Assembly (NCBI GenBank): GCA_030704665.1 | Contig: JAUYID010000009.1 | Span: 256,832-320,831 of the forward strand | DNA length: 64,000 nucleotides | Reading direction: 5' to 3' | Origin: a bacterium | Lineage (GTDB): Bacteria > Patescibacteriota > Microgenomatia > Woykebacterales > RBG-16-39-9b | Part shown: one piece after another, positions 55,871 to 64,000 of the stretch | Layout: every line of letters begins with the position of its first letter | Numbering within the stretch: the first letter of the stretch is position 1 | Made by a program: the position numbers and the translations under genes | The notes under the pieces: generated by a model | Seen by the model: the letters and a program-made list of their open reading frames with translations, nothing else | Told to the model about the DNA's origin: nothing | Database searches by the model: none

Positions 55871-55993
55871 AAGAGATCTAGCAAGCTAGACTGTTTCCAG
55901 TGTCACTGAAGGGAGCAAAGCTACTTGTTTTCAAAACGAAATGAGATGCAGGGGCCTACCATTTTTTGGTAGAATTAAAGAAAGAAACTGCCA

Positions 55994-56875
55994 ATGACCA
56001 TTTCTGCAAAAAAACTTTCTAGATTTACCTACCAAAGGGGCTTCACCCTCATTGAAATCTTGATTTCCGCGACGGTTATTATTATCCTGAGTTTGATCGC
56101 TCTTGCTTCCTACAATACATTTGCTCGGCAAATCAACCTGGATACCACTACCCAAAATGTCATCAGTACCTTACGTTTGGCTCAGACAAGGACGAAAGCT
56201 TCAGAGGCAGATACAAGGTACGGGGTGCACTTCGAAACAACAAAGTATGTGCTTTTCTCAGGAGATACTTACACGGTCGGGGCGGTCGGAAACAAAGAGT
56301 ACCTTCTTAGCTCGGTGGAAATTTATCAGATAAATTTGAACGGTGGTGGTAGTGAAGTAATCTTTGATCGCATTCGGGGTACCACCTCAAATTTTGGTTC
56401 GGTTGATCTTCGTTTGATTGACAATCCGGCTCGAAGTCAACAGGTTTTGATTGGCATTAGTGGGGAAGTTTCCCTTGAAAATCCCGTTTCTCCGACAGGG
56501 ACGAGACTGACGGATAGTCGTCATCTACACTTTGATTTGGGTTGGAGTATACAAAGCAAAACTACACTGACTCTTACCTTCACCGATACACCGAATCCAA
56601 CTGTTGTCAAAAACATTCCTATGGCGACTTATTTTGACTCTGGAAAAACTGTTTTTGACTGGTCCGGAACAGTCAATGTTAACGGTTCAAATCAGGTTCT
56701 GCGGGTGCATACCCATCTTCTTGACGCTTTTAGCACTATCTTGAGTATTCAGCGCGATCGTCGTTACAATGATAAAGCCCTGAACCTGACAATTGATGGT
56801 TTGGATATCGTTACTTATACCGCTGCCGGAACGGCCAGCGTTGGCGCTTCCGGTGGCACCATGACTGCTCAATGA
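55994..56875 (+). CDS. type IV pilin-like / pseudopilin with prepilin N-terminal domain
   Basis: QRGFTLIEILISATVIIILSLIA prepilin cleavage/methylation motif. Confidence 0.6.
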   Translation: MTISAKKLSRFTYQRGFTLIEILISATVIIILSLIALASYNTFARQINLDTTTQNVISTLRLAQTRTKASEADTRYGVHFETTKYVLFSGDTYTVGAVGNKEYLLSSVEIYQINLNGGGSEVIFDRIRGTTSNFGSVDLRLIDNPARSQQVLIGISGEVSLENPVSPTGTRLTDSRHLHFDLGWSIQSKTTLTLTFTDTPNPTVVKNIPMATYFDSGKTVFDWSGTVNVNGSNQVLRVHTHLLDAFSTILSIQRDRRYNDKALNLTIDGLDIVTYTAAGTASVGASGGTMTAQ

Positions 56876-57363
56876 AAAAATTTGAAAGAAACAAAAAAGA
56901 AAAAGGTTTTGCACTACTTGAGATTCTGATTGCCTTGGTGGTGATCACCATCTCTTTTCTAGCGGGAGTCAGCTTCCTCTTTTTTGCGCGTCAAGCTTCT
57001 TCCAAAGCGATTCAAAAAACCGAAGCAGTTTCACTTGCGGAAGAAGCTCTTGAGGCCGTGAGAAATTTACGAGACGAGAGCTGGTCTGGCAACATTGAAG
57101 CGCTGGCAGCCGGGACCACTTACTATCCGACTCTTTCTGCGGGGAAGTGGACTCTTTCAACGACAAACCCCTCTAGTAGTTCAACCTACACGACGACGGT
57201 TGTTTTTTCCCTAGTAAATCGAGATGCCAGCGCCAATATTAGTGCTGTCGGTAGCAACGACCCCAACACTAGAAAAATTGTTGCTAGCGTCAGTTGGAAA
57301 GAAGCAAATACGACCGAAACAGTTGCTTTGACGGCTTATGTGACCAATTTCTTGGGCAATTGA
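56872..57363 (+). CDS. prepilin-type minor pilin
   Basis: KGFALLEILIALVVITISF N-terminus. Confidence 0.6.
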   Translation: MKKFERNKKEKGFALLEILIALVVITISFLAGVSFLFFARQASSKAIQKTEAVSLAEEALEAVRNLRDESWSGNIEALAAGTTYYPTLSAGKWTLSTTNPSSSSTYTTTVVFSLVNRDASANISAVGSNDPNTRKIVASVSWKEANTTETVALTAYVTNFLGN

Positions 57364-57375
57364 GCGGGAAAATTT

Positions 57376-57945
57376 ATGAAAAGATTGGTTCCAGACAACT
57401 TAAAAAACAAAAAAGGTCGACTCCGAGCAGGAGAAGAAGGGTTTACTTTGATAGAAACCCTAGTTTACGTCTTTGCTTTGATTTTCATCATGAGTGTTTT
57501 GATAGTGGTTCTCTTTCAGCTCATTGCTTTGAACGAAAGCTCGCGTCGTTCCCGAGAGGCGGTTTCGAACGCCCGTCTTGCTTTGGATGCGGTTGCTCAG
57601 GAAGTCCGTCACGCCAAAGGAATTTACACACCAACAAGTGTTTTTGGAACCAACCCTGGACAGTTGAGCTTGGAAACGACTCGGGATCTACCGGCAGAGG
57701 AAGACACTACCTACGTAGATTTTTATATTGATGACTCTGGTCTTTATCTTAAACGTGAAGAACAAGCAGCAGTCTTGGTTACCTCAGAAAAAATTAAGAT
57801 CACCAACTTTGCTGTGACCGAGTTAAACAGTGCTGCGACTACTCCGGCGGTGCAAATTCAGTTGACCGCTGAGTACGACTCACCGGTTTCAGGAAGTAAA
57901 AATACAGTTAGTTTAGAAACGACCGCTTCTTTGAGGTCTTATTAG
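57376..57945 (+). CDS. prepilin-type minor pilin
   Basis: EGFTLIETLVYVFALIFIM N-terminus. Confidence 0.6.
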   Translation: MKRLVPDNLKNKKGRLRAGEEGFTLIETLVYVFALIFIMSVLIVVLFQLIALNESSRRSREAVSNARLALDAVAQEVRHAKGIYTPTSVFGTNPGQLSLETTRDLPAEEDTTYVDFYIDDSGLYLKREEQAAVLVTSEKIKITNFAVTELNSAATTPAVQIQLTAEYDSPVSGSKNTVSLETTASLRSY

Positions 57946-57949
57946 AAAA

Positions 57950-59740
57950 ATGAGAAACAAAAATTTTAAAAAAGAAAAGGGACAAGCCGCGCTCATCACT
58001 ATTTTGATCATTGCCTCGGTTTTGGCGATTTTGGTGGCTGCTTTTGGAGCCCTGACTGTTAATGATTTGAAGACAATCGACAAAGTAACTTCTTCGTCGC
58101 AGAGTTATTATGTTGCCGAGTCTGGCATTGAGGATGCCTTGGTGCGCATCGCCAACAAACTTCCTTACTCGAACAACTATACTTTGGCAGTCGGCAACGG
58201 CAGTACCGAAGTAGAGGTGAGTGGGACAGTCAATGCCTTGGTAGTTACTTCCAAGGGTAATGTCAGCAACCATTTTCGAAAACTTTCTGTCAATTTGGAC
58301 GCCACCACTCACAGTAGCCAGATTGCCTTTAACTACGGTCTTCAGGTAAATTATGGTGGTTTGATTATGTCGAACAACTCAGGAGTGAACGGCAACGTCT
58401 ATTCCAACGGAGATATTTTGGGTTCAAACGGTGCTTTTATTTCCGGGAGTGCCTATGCGGCCAACTCTCCAGCGTTAGCAGCAGATCAGGTCAATGATTC
58501 GCCCCTTCCACCCGGAAGTTCAATTGTTTTTGGCAATGCGACCGCTAGTCAGGATTTGGCCCAAAGTTTTCAAGTCTCAGTAACAGAACCAATCAGCAAA
58601 ATTCAACTTTACCTCAAAAAAACAGGTTCTCCTACGAATGCTACCGTCAGGATCGTAAACAATAATTCGGGTAGTCCCGGTACCATCACAATCGATTCCG
58701 GAACTCTCGCCTCTTCGACGGTAGGCAGTTCCTATAGTTGGATCGATGTCAACATGAACTCTGGAGCTCAACTGAGCAGTGAGACTACCTATTGGTTGGT
58801 GGTTGATGCCTCAACCGGCAGCGGAACGAAAAACTTCACTGTTGGAGCAAACAATACCTATAGCCTTGGTCAAGCCAAAATCGGACAATTCTCCGGAAGC
58901 TGGAACAATACCTCTCCGTCTGGACTGGACGCCTATTTCAAAGTTTATCTGGGAGGCACCACCGGAGTGATTGACAACGTTAACATTGGAACTTCAGGAG
59001 TTGGGGACGCGCACGCGCACGTGATTACAGATTCGACCATAACCGGCAGTGTCTACTGCCAAAGTGGTTCTGGAAACAACAAAGTCTGTGATACTTCCCA
59101 ACCAGATCCAACTCCCCAAAACCTTCCAATTTCTCAGGCCAACATTGATGATTGGCAGGCAGAAGCGGCGGCGGGGGGAACTTTGAGTGGAAACTATACT
59201 CTTGACAATGGCGCCGTTGGTTCTTTGGGGCCGACAGTTATCACCGGGGATCTAAACTTATCGAACAACGTGACGTTTACGATGACTGGGACAATTTGGG
59301 TGCAAGGAAAGATCAATTTGGAAAATAACGTCACTATGAAGCTTGATCCGGGCTATGGTTCAAGCGGGGGAATTCTCCTTGCTAGTGGCTATATCAACTT
59401 GGTCAACAACGCTATTTTCCAGGGTTCTGGGGACCCAAACAGTTATTTTCTTTTGCTGACGACCAATGATTGTGTTGGTTCGGGGAGCCCGACTGGTCTG
59501 ACTTGCACCGGGTCAAACTCAGCCATGGATGTTTCCAACAATGTCGGCTCAGTGATACTTTATTCTTCGCGGGGACAGATAAATCTAGCTAACAATGCTG
59601 AGGCCAAAGAAGTAAATGGTTACAAGGTTTTCTTGTCCAACAACGCCACCATTAATTATCAAAGCGGATTGGCGAACGCCAATTTTTCTTCTGGTCCTGG
59701 AGGTGGCTACAATATTAGCAATTGGATTGAGATTAGCTGA
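57950..59740 (+). CDS. large pilus-associated protein (PilX/tip-like), Gly/Ser/Asn-rich
   Basis: 596 aa. Hydrophobic N-terminus GQAALITILIIASVLAILVAAF. In the pilin operon. Confidence 0.5.
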   Translation: MRNKNFKKEKGQAALITILIIASVLAILVAAFGALTVNDLKTIDKVTSSSQSYYVAESGIEDALVRIANKLPYSNNYTLAVGNGSTEVEVSGTVNALVVTSKGNVSNHFRKLSVNLDATTHSSQIAFNYGLQVNYGGLIMSNNSGVNGNVYSNGDILGSNGAFISGSAYAANSPALAADQVNDSPLPPGSSIVFGNATASQDLAQSFQVSVTEPISKIQLYLKKTGSPTNATVRIVNNNSGSPGTITIDSGTLASSTVGSSYSWIDVNMNSGAQLSSETTYWLVVDASTGSGTKNFTVGANNTYSLGQAKIGQFSGSWNNTSPSGLDAYFKVYLGGTTGVIDNVNIGTSGVGDAHAHVITDSTITGSVYCQSGSGNNKVCDTSQPDPTPQNLPISQANIDDWQAEAAAGGTLSGNYTLDNGAVGSLGPTVITGDLNLSNNVTFTMTGTIWVQGKINLENNVTMKLDPGYGSSGGILLASGYINLVNNAIFQGSGDPNSYFLLLTTNDCVGSGSPTGLTCTGSNSAMDVSNNVGSVILYSSRGQINLANNAEAKEVNGYKVFLSNNATINYQSGLANANFSSGPGGGYNISNWIEIS

Positions 59741-59778
59741 TAGAGCTGGTATATTAGAAGAGCTACTTTTATCTGCCT

Positions 59779-60327
59779 ATGCTGTTTTTTGGAAAAAACA
59801 ACCGACAAGACATCAACCTCATTCCCGAAGAGGAACAGATTCTAAGAAAAAAGAAGAATTTTCGGCTCTTGCTTGGTTTTGCAGTGCTCGTTTTTAGCGT
59901 AGTTGCCTTGACACTGGTCGCTATTTTTATTTTGCTCCTCTCTGAGAAGAGCAAAGCCAAGGATGTTCAAGTCAAAACAGAGACTGAACTTTTGAACTGG
60001 CAGAAAGTTGCCAGTGCGGCGGCTAGTTTAAACAAAGTCAGCCAGCGTTACAATTCTTACAAGTCTTTTTCTTTGGCTCAATCCAAACTGGAATTAAAGC
60101 TGGAAAAATTAGCAAAGAAACTACCGAACAAGGTACAGCTTTTAAACCTCTTCGTAGACAACAGCGGTAAAGCCAAAATTGCGGGCAAAGCTGCCTCTGC
60201 CGATGTCGCTTACCAGCTCTTGCAGATTTTCCAATCTCAAAGTGACTTTGCTTCAGTAAGTCTATCTGCTTTGACCAAAGGTCAAAGCAATGATGTGACT
60301 TTCAGTTTGGATTTGGTGATACATTAA
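59779..60327 (+). CDS. PilN-like pilus assembly protein
   Basis: INLIP motif, TM, coiled coil. Confidence 0.5.
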   Translation: MLFFGKNNRQDINLIPEEEQILRKKKNFRLLLGFAVLVFSVVALTLVAIFILLLSEKSKAKDVQVKTETELLNWQKVASAAASLNKVSQRYNSYKSFSLAQSKLELKLEKLAKKLPNKVQLLNLFVDNSGKAKIAGKAASADVAYQLLQIFQSQSDFASVSLSALTKGQSNDVTFSLDLVIH

Positions 60328-61079
60328 TGGACAAAAGATTACGGAAGCTAGCTAAAGATATTCAAGCAAGCGGTGTTTTTTTTCTCCTTGGTGGGACGAG
60401 CAGCTTAGTTATCGGGGTTCTCTTGTTTTATTTTGTTGGGATGCCTCTTTTGAGACAAGTGAATGATTTAAAGGAAAAAAACGCCCAAGCCGATCAAGTT
60501 TTGGAAACAATCCGCAACAATGTTGCAGCGGTTTCATCAGTTGATGCGCTGGAAGTTGCCGAGCTAGACGTAGTTACCAGTAAGTTGTTACCCTCGAGCA
60601 GCGACCATGTTCGGGTCGCGGCCTTGCTTGATGTGATTGCACTTGCTTCTGGTGGAAGAATTACCAACATTCAAGCAACTGATACAAGTTCGCCTCGTAG
60701 CAACCCAAGCACCCCAGTCACCTTGACTCAGGGTAGTGGGACGGGGACTTCAAGCTACACTATGACGGTGAATTTTGAAGGCACCTTTCCTTCTCTACTA
60801 AAGTTTCTTACTTCTTTGCGCTGGGCCGATCGTGTCTTTGGGGTCGCTGATTTGACCGCGGCTGGTAGTCAAAATGGTACAAATTTGGTGCAAGTCAAAC
60901 TGAGTCTGAAGCTGCCTTTAACGCTGACGCAGACCCAGGAACTATCGCCCCAACAAGAGGTTTTACTTCTTTCTAAAAATGACGCCGACGAAATAAAAGC
61001 CTTACAGAAAAACATTCTTTTCAGGGTGAAACCAGCTAGCCAACCTCTTTCACGAACGAATCCTTTTGCGAGTTATTGA
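60327..61079 (+). CDS. PilO-like pilus assembly protein
   Basis: 250 aa. N-terminal TM and coiled coil. Context after the pilN-like gene. Confidence 0.45.
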   Translation: MDKRLRKLAKDIQASGVFFLLGGTSSLVIGVLLFYFVGMPLLRQVNDLKEKNAQADQVLETIRNNVAAVSSVDALEVAELDVVTSKLLPSSSDHVRVAALLDVIALASGGRITNIQATDTSSPRSNPSTPVTLTQGSGTGTSSYTMTVNFEGTFPSLLKFLTSLRWADRVFGVADLTAAGSQNGTNLVQVKLSLKLPLTLTQTQELSPQQEVLLLSKNDADEIKALQKNILFRVKPASQPLSRTNPFASY

Positions 61080-61169
61080 AAAATATCAATTGAAGAGAAA
61101 GGGTGGCTTGGGGTCACCCGGGTTGGAGGATTTCAAGACCAGGCGACCCCAGTTTGCGAAAGCAAACCT

Positions 61170-61760
61170 TCAGTATCCCCGACTGCCGTTGTGGCGGTTT
61201 CGGTCGAGTTTGAAGGCTTCTTCAAGGGTGGTTTCTCTTCTTCTCCGTGAATTGAAGCTGCCGTTGGTAGTACCCGGCCGAGGGTATTCGTTTTGGCGTC
61301 TTGATGGAACAACCAGAGACGACTCCCGGGTAAAGACCTCGTAACGGTGTCCGTCTGCAACAGTTGTCCCTCTGCGGCTTGCCTCGGTTAAGCGTTGACC
61401 ATCGACCCAAACCGCGGCTAGCATCCGCTGCCTGATTAGAAAGCGGACCGCGGTTGGCAGATAGATCAGGTCCAGACCGAAGACTGGAAACTCCTGTACT
61501 TCCGTCTGCCCACCTGCTTGGTGAACTACTACTTCTACCTTGCGGGTGAAGAAAAGCCGGTCACCTTCCTCGACTTTCCGTCTGACCACCTCACTTGATG
61601 GGGTAGAGAAGGAATCGAAGGCAACGACTTGGTCCAGGTCACCTGGGACTCTCAGTGGTTTGAAGAGTCTCCCGATTTCGACGCCGGCGCTGATTCTCAG
61701 GTCCACTCCAGGGCGCTCCGGTCCGAAGAGAACCGAGATGTTGACACTTGATCCAGACAT
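61170..61760 (-). CDS. hypothetical protein, paralog A of a two-gene pair (GC-rich islet)
   Basis: 196 aa. GAGAGGGG RBS. Shares EGD.LFFT.K and VWVDGQRLTE/VRVDGVVLTE blocks with 61923-62426. Confidence 0.45.
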   Translation of the reverse strand: MSGSSVNISVLFGPERPGVDLRISAGVEIGRLFKPLRVPGDLDQVVAFDSFSTPSSEVVRRKVEEGDRLFFTRKVEVVVHQAGGQTEVQEFPVFGLDLIYLPTAVRFLIRQRMLAAVWVDGQRLTEASRRGTTVADGHRYEVFTRESSLVVPSRRQNEYPRPGTTNGSFNSRRRRETTLEEAFKLDRNRHNGSRGY

Positions 61761-61922
61761 AGATAAGCCCCTCTCTTCTTTTTTGTGAGGCTATTTTAGA
61801 ATTTTGCAGCCTAGTTGTCAAATTTTTCGTGGGTAAAACGAAAAGATGAAGTGGGCCAGATTCCAGGGTGGTTTCCGGCCCAGAGATGAGTGTTGATCAG
61901 ATTTGGTCTGGACCCGAGGGTT

Positions 61923-62426
61923 TTAGGGGTCCCAGGGCTCAATGACCGTGTCGTCGTCAGCGACATAGGTGGTCGACATCTGCTCTTCGGTGAGAACTAC
62001 TCCGTCGACTCTCACCTGGTTGGTCAGGTGGATTCTGGTTGCCTGCTCGATCGCCGGCACCATCTCCGTGATGGTAAGCCCGACGACAGGTACACTGCGG
62101 GCTGCGACCAGTTCCTCCCCGAGAATACCCATGATCCTCACTAGTCGTTTCTTGGTGAGGAAGACGAGATCCCCCTCAGTGAGGACCCGTCTTGATTCGG
62201 ACAGGGTCACCGGGTTGGCGTAGTCGCCGTTCAGAACAACTACTCGAAGATCGCCGCTATCAACGAAACGAGCGTTGACGAAGTCCGGCAGGGTTGTTCC
62301 TTCAGGAATGTTGAGGTACTGCAGCGGCCCGCGTTCGACACGCACCCGAACACAGATCTGAGTCGGTACCCCGGGTTTGGGCGCAGCTGAGCTGGGTTTG
62401 GCTCTTGATAAGGTAGCAGTTCCCAC
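61923..62426 (-). CDS. hypothetical protein, paralog B (GC-rich islet), GTG start
   Basis: 167 aa. AAAGGAGAAG RBS before GTG. Two beta-rich repeats resembling SAF/beta-grasp-like modules. Confidence 0.45.
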   Translation of the reverse strand: MGTATLSRAKPSSAAPKPGVPTQICVRVRVERGPLQYLNIPEGTTLPDFVNARFVDSGDLRVVVLNGDYANPVTLSESRRVLTEGDLVFLTKKRLVRIMGILGEELVAARSVPVVGLTITEMVPAIEQATRIHLTNQVRVDGVVLTEEQMSTTYVADDDTVIEPWDP

Positions 62427-62618
62427 AATCTTCTCCTTTGAACTAACTTGCCTGTGGTTGTTACCCCAGTTTGCTTTTGTCTTCCCTCCTTTTCACTCCC
62501 GAGCCTTGTTGTGATTTTAGGACTCTTTTTATTTGCTTGTCAATTCCAAAAAGGAAAGCCTCCAGGCGAATTTTTGGTCTCGTTTAACTAATTAGAAAAT
62601 TTGTGCTATAGTTTTTTT

Positions 62619-63044
62619 ATGGATGAAAAAAACTGGCAAGAGTCAGTTTTGGCTAGCATTCCGGATATTGCTATGGTAGTCAACAAAGACGGCAATATTC
62701 TTTACATCAACCACATCTTGCCGCAGTTCACCCGCGAAGAAGTCATTGGCTCTTCGGTGAACAACTATATTCCATCAGCCTATCACGAAACTTACAAAGA
62801 GGCTCTCAAAGAAGTTTTCGGCTCAAGTGCTAGTAAAGACTTCATCGTCACCGGCGCAGGACCGAACAACTCGACTTCTTGGTACTTGACGAGGATCGGA
62901 CCGATCAAATCTGGTGAAACTGTTGAGGCAGCCGCTATCATTTCTACAGATATCACTCCAAGAATGATGATCGATGACGATCTCAAGGCTGCCAAGGCTG
63001 AGGTTGACCGACTTCAAACTCAACTCAACGAGCTCCAAAAATAA
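62619..63044 (+). CDS. PAS domain protein with C-terminal coiled coil
   Basis: Extended -10 TGCTATAGT upstream. IAMVVNKDGNILYINHI PAS core. Confidence 0.55.
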   Translation: MDEKNWQESVLASIPDIAMVVNKDGNILYINHILPQFTREEVIGSSVNNYIPSAYHETYKEALKEVFGSSASKDFIVTGAGPNNSTSWYLTRIGPIKSGETVEAAAIISTDITPRMMIDDDLKAAKAEVDRLQTQLNELQK

Positions 63045-63188
63045 ATTAATTTCCTGATTAGTTAAAAGTGAAAAAGTTTAGGAAAAAGAGGTCTGAAGGC
63101 CGGCTAGCTGTGTGTGCTGTACCAGGGAGGGTGCATACAGACACAGACTAGCCGACCCACACCTCATCGGTCTATCACGGCAGAGTGA

Positions 63189-63338
63189 TCAGACCGAAGA
63201 AGTCTCGCCGCAGGCCATCCAGTACGGGGATGAGCTGACGGCTTTGGCCTCGTCGGTGGCGACGTGCTTCATCGCGATCACATCGATCGTCGACGAGTTA
63301 GTCGGAGAGCCGCGAGGGCCGTGGATGGTGGTCATCAT
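63189..63338 (-). CDS. small hypothetical ORF (49 aa) with perfect RBS (GC-rich islet)
   Basis: AAGGAGGTCGGTC ATG ATG on the minus strand. Below the ORF-track cutoff. Confidence 0.3.
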   Translation of the reverse strand: MMTTIHGPRGSPTNSSTIDVIAMKHVATDEAKAVSSSPYWMACGETSSV

Positions 63339-63452
63339 GACCGACCTCCTTGGAACGTTCTCAAGCACGTAGGTTTTTACGTGTGAGAACTCTTGCCGAT
63401 ACTAGAAATTATTAGGCAAGCAGACAGTATTTGTCAATAAAAAGGCAAAGAA

Positions 63453-63944
63453 TTAAATTTTGAGGATCTGGCCGACAATGAGTCCAATGCAAGTAGCGAT
63501 AGCACCAATGACAAAAAGTTCGACTGCACTTCGCAAAGGAGAAACCCTGACTAGTTTTCCTTTGATATAGCCAACAGCAAAAAGGCCGAGGAAAGCAAAA
63601 ATTATACTCCAAATTCGTCCGGTGGTTGGGTTGGCAAGGATAAAAGGCATGATTGGTATCAAACCGGAGAGAAAGTAAGCAACAAACATGATCGTCGCCC
63701 CCAAAACTAAACTGTCAGTATGTTTGCCACTAGTATCAAGTTGGTGAACCGCCTTTTCAGAGGAATATTGTCCAGCGGCCATTGAAGTGGCTTCGACTGT
63801 TACCGCCACGAAAGCTGCCAAAATTATTATCGCTTTTGAATCAACTCCGGTGCTGATGCCGACGACCACACCAGTGGTCGAAACCAGACCATCTTGCAGC
63901 CCAAAGAGGGCACTGCGCAGGTAGTCTTCGTGAATTCCGTTCAT
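63453..63944 (-). CDS. VIT1/CCC1-family membrane transporter
   Basis: 163 aa. GLQDGLVSTTGVVVG motif and multiple TM helices. Confidence 0.65.
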   Translation of the reverse strand: MNGIHEDYLRSALFGLQDGLVSTTGVVVGISTGVDSKAIIILAAFVAVTVEATSMAAGQYSSEKAVHQLDTSGKHTDSLVLGATIMFVAYFLSGLIPIMPFILANPTTGRIWSIIFAFLGLFAVGYIKGKLVRVSPLRSAVELFVIGAIATCIGLIVGQILKI

Positions 63945-64000
63945 AATATGATTGTACTACAAAGTTATTAACGTAAATATAAAACCTATAGTGGTTGACT

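Noticed and set aside
1-64000. CRISPR arrays, rRNA genes, integrase/transposase genes
   Set aside because: No regularly spaced direct repeats with unique spacers, no rRNA-like conserved blocks and no recombinase/transposase-like ORFs were found. Mobile-looking features are limited to small non-autonomous repeats.

Overview
This 64 kb window looks like a low-GC, reduced bacterial chromosome, by eye roughly low-40s percent GC and most consistent with a Patescibacteria/CPR-type or similarly streamlined organism. It carries a backbone of conserved housekeeping genes: secE, a tRNA operon, mreBCD-mrdA, dprA, topA, a dcd/ThyA-like nucleotide cluster, tmk, rpsB-tsf-frr-rseP-proS, rpsU-ybeY, pth, mfd, dnaX-ybaB-recR, cysS, a type IV pilus/pseudopilin operon and a fused def-fmt gene.

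The backbone is peppered with at least a dozen short islets that are conspicuously GC-rich by eye. Each islet carries small hypothetical ORFs with strong AAGGAGG ribosome-binding sites. Several sit inside otherwise conserved operons or next to the tRNA cluster.

Three repeat families recur across the window:
- a roughly 60-100 bp MITE-like palindromic element with TGTCATCCTGA...TCAGGATGACA termini (7 copies);
- a roughly 33 bp intergenic motif centred on ACGATCGTG (6 copies);
- a pair of roughly 118 bp inverted repeats whose terminal hairpins are preserved by compensatory changes.

Other unusual points:
- three tandem tRNA-like fragments in the leader of the tRNA operon;
- an rpmG (L33) reading frame broken by one extra base;
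- a 521 aa thymidylate-synthase-family protein with large extra N- and C-terminal domains, translationally coupled to a CYTH-like protein and a second dCTP-deaminase paralog;
- a roughly 1.6 kb GC-rich region with no credible ORF that may encode a structured RNA or be decayed foreign DNA.

No rRNA genes and no CRISPR arrays were seen. All calls come from reading the sequence and the ORF track. No database searches were run.
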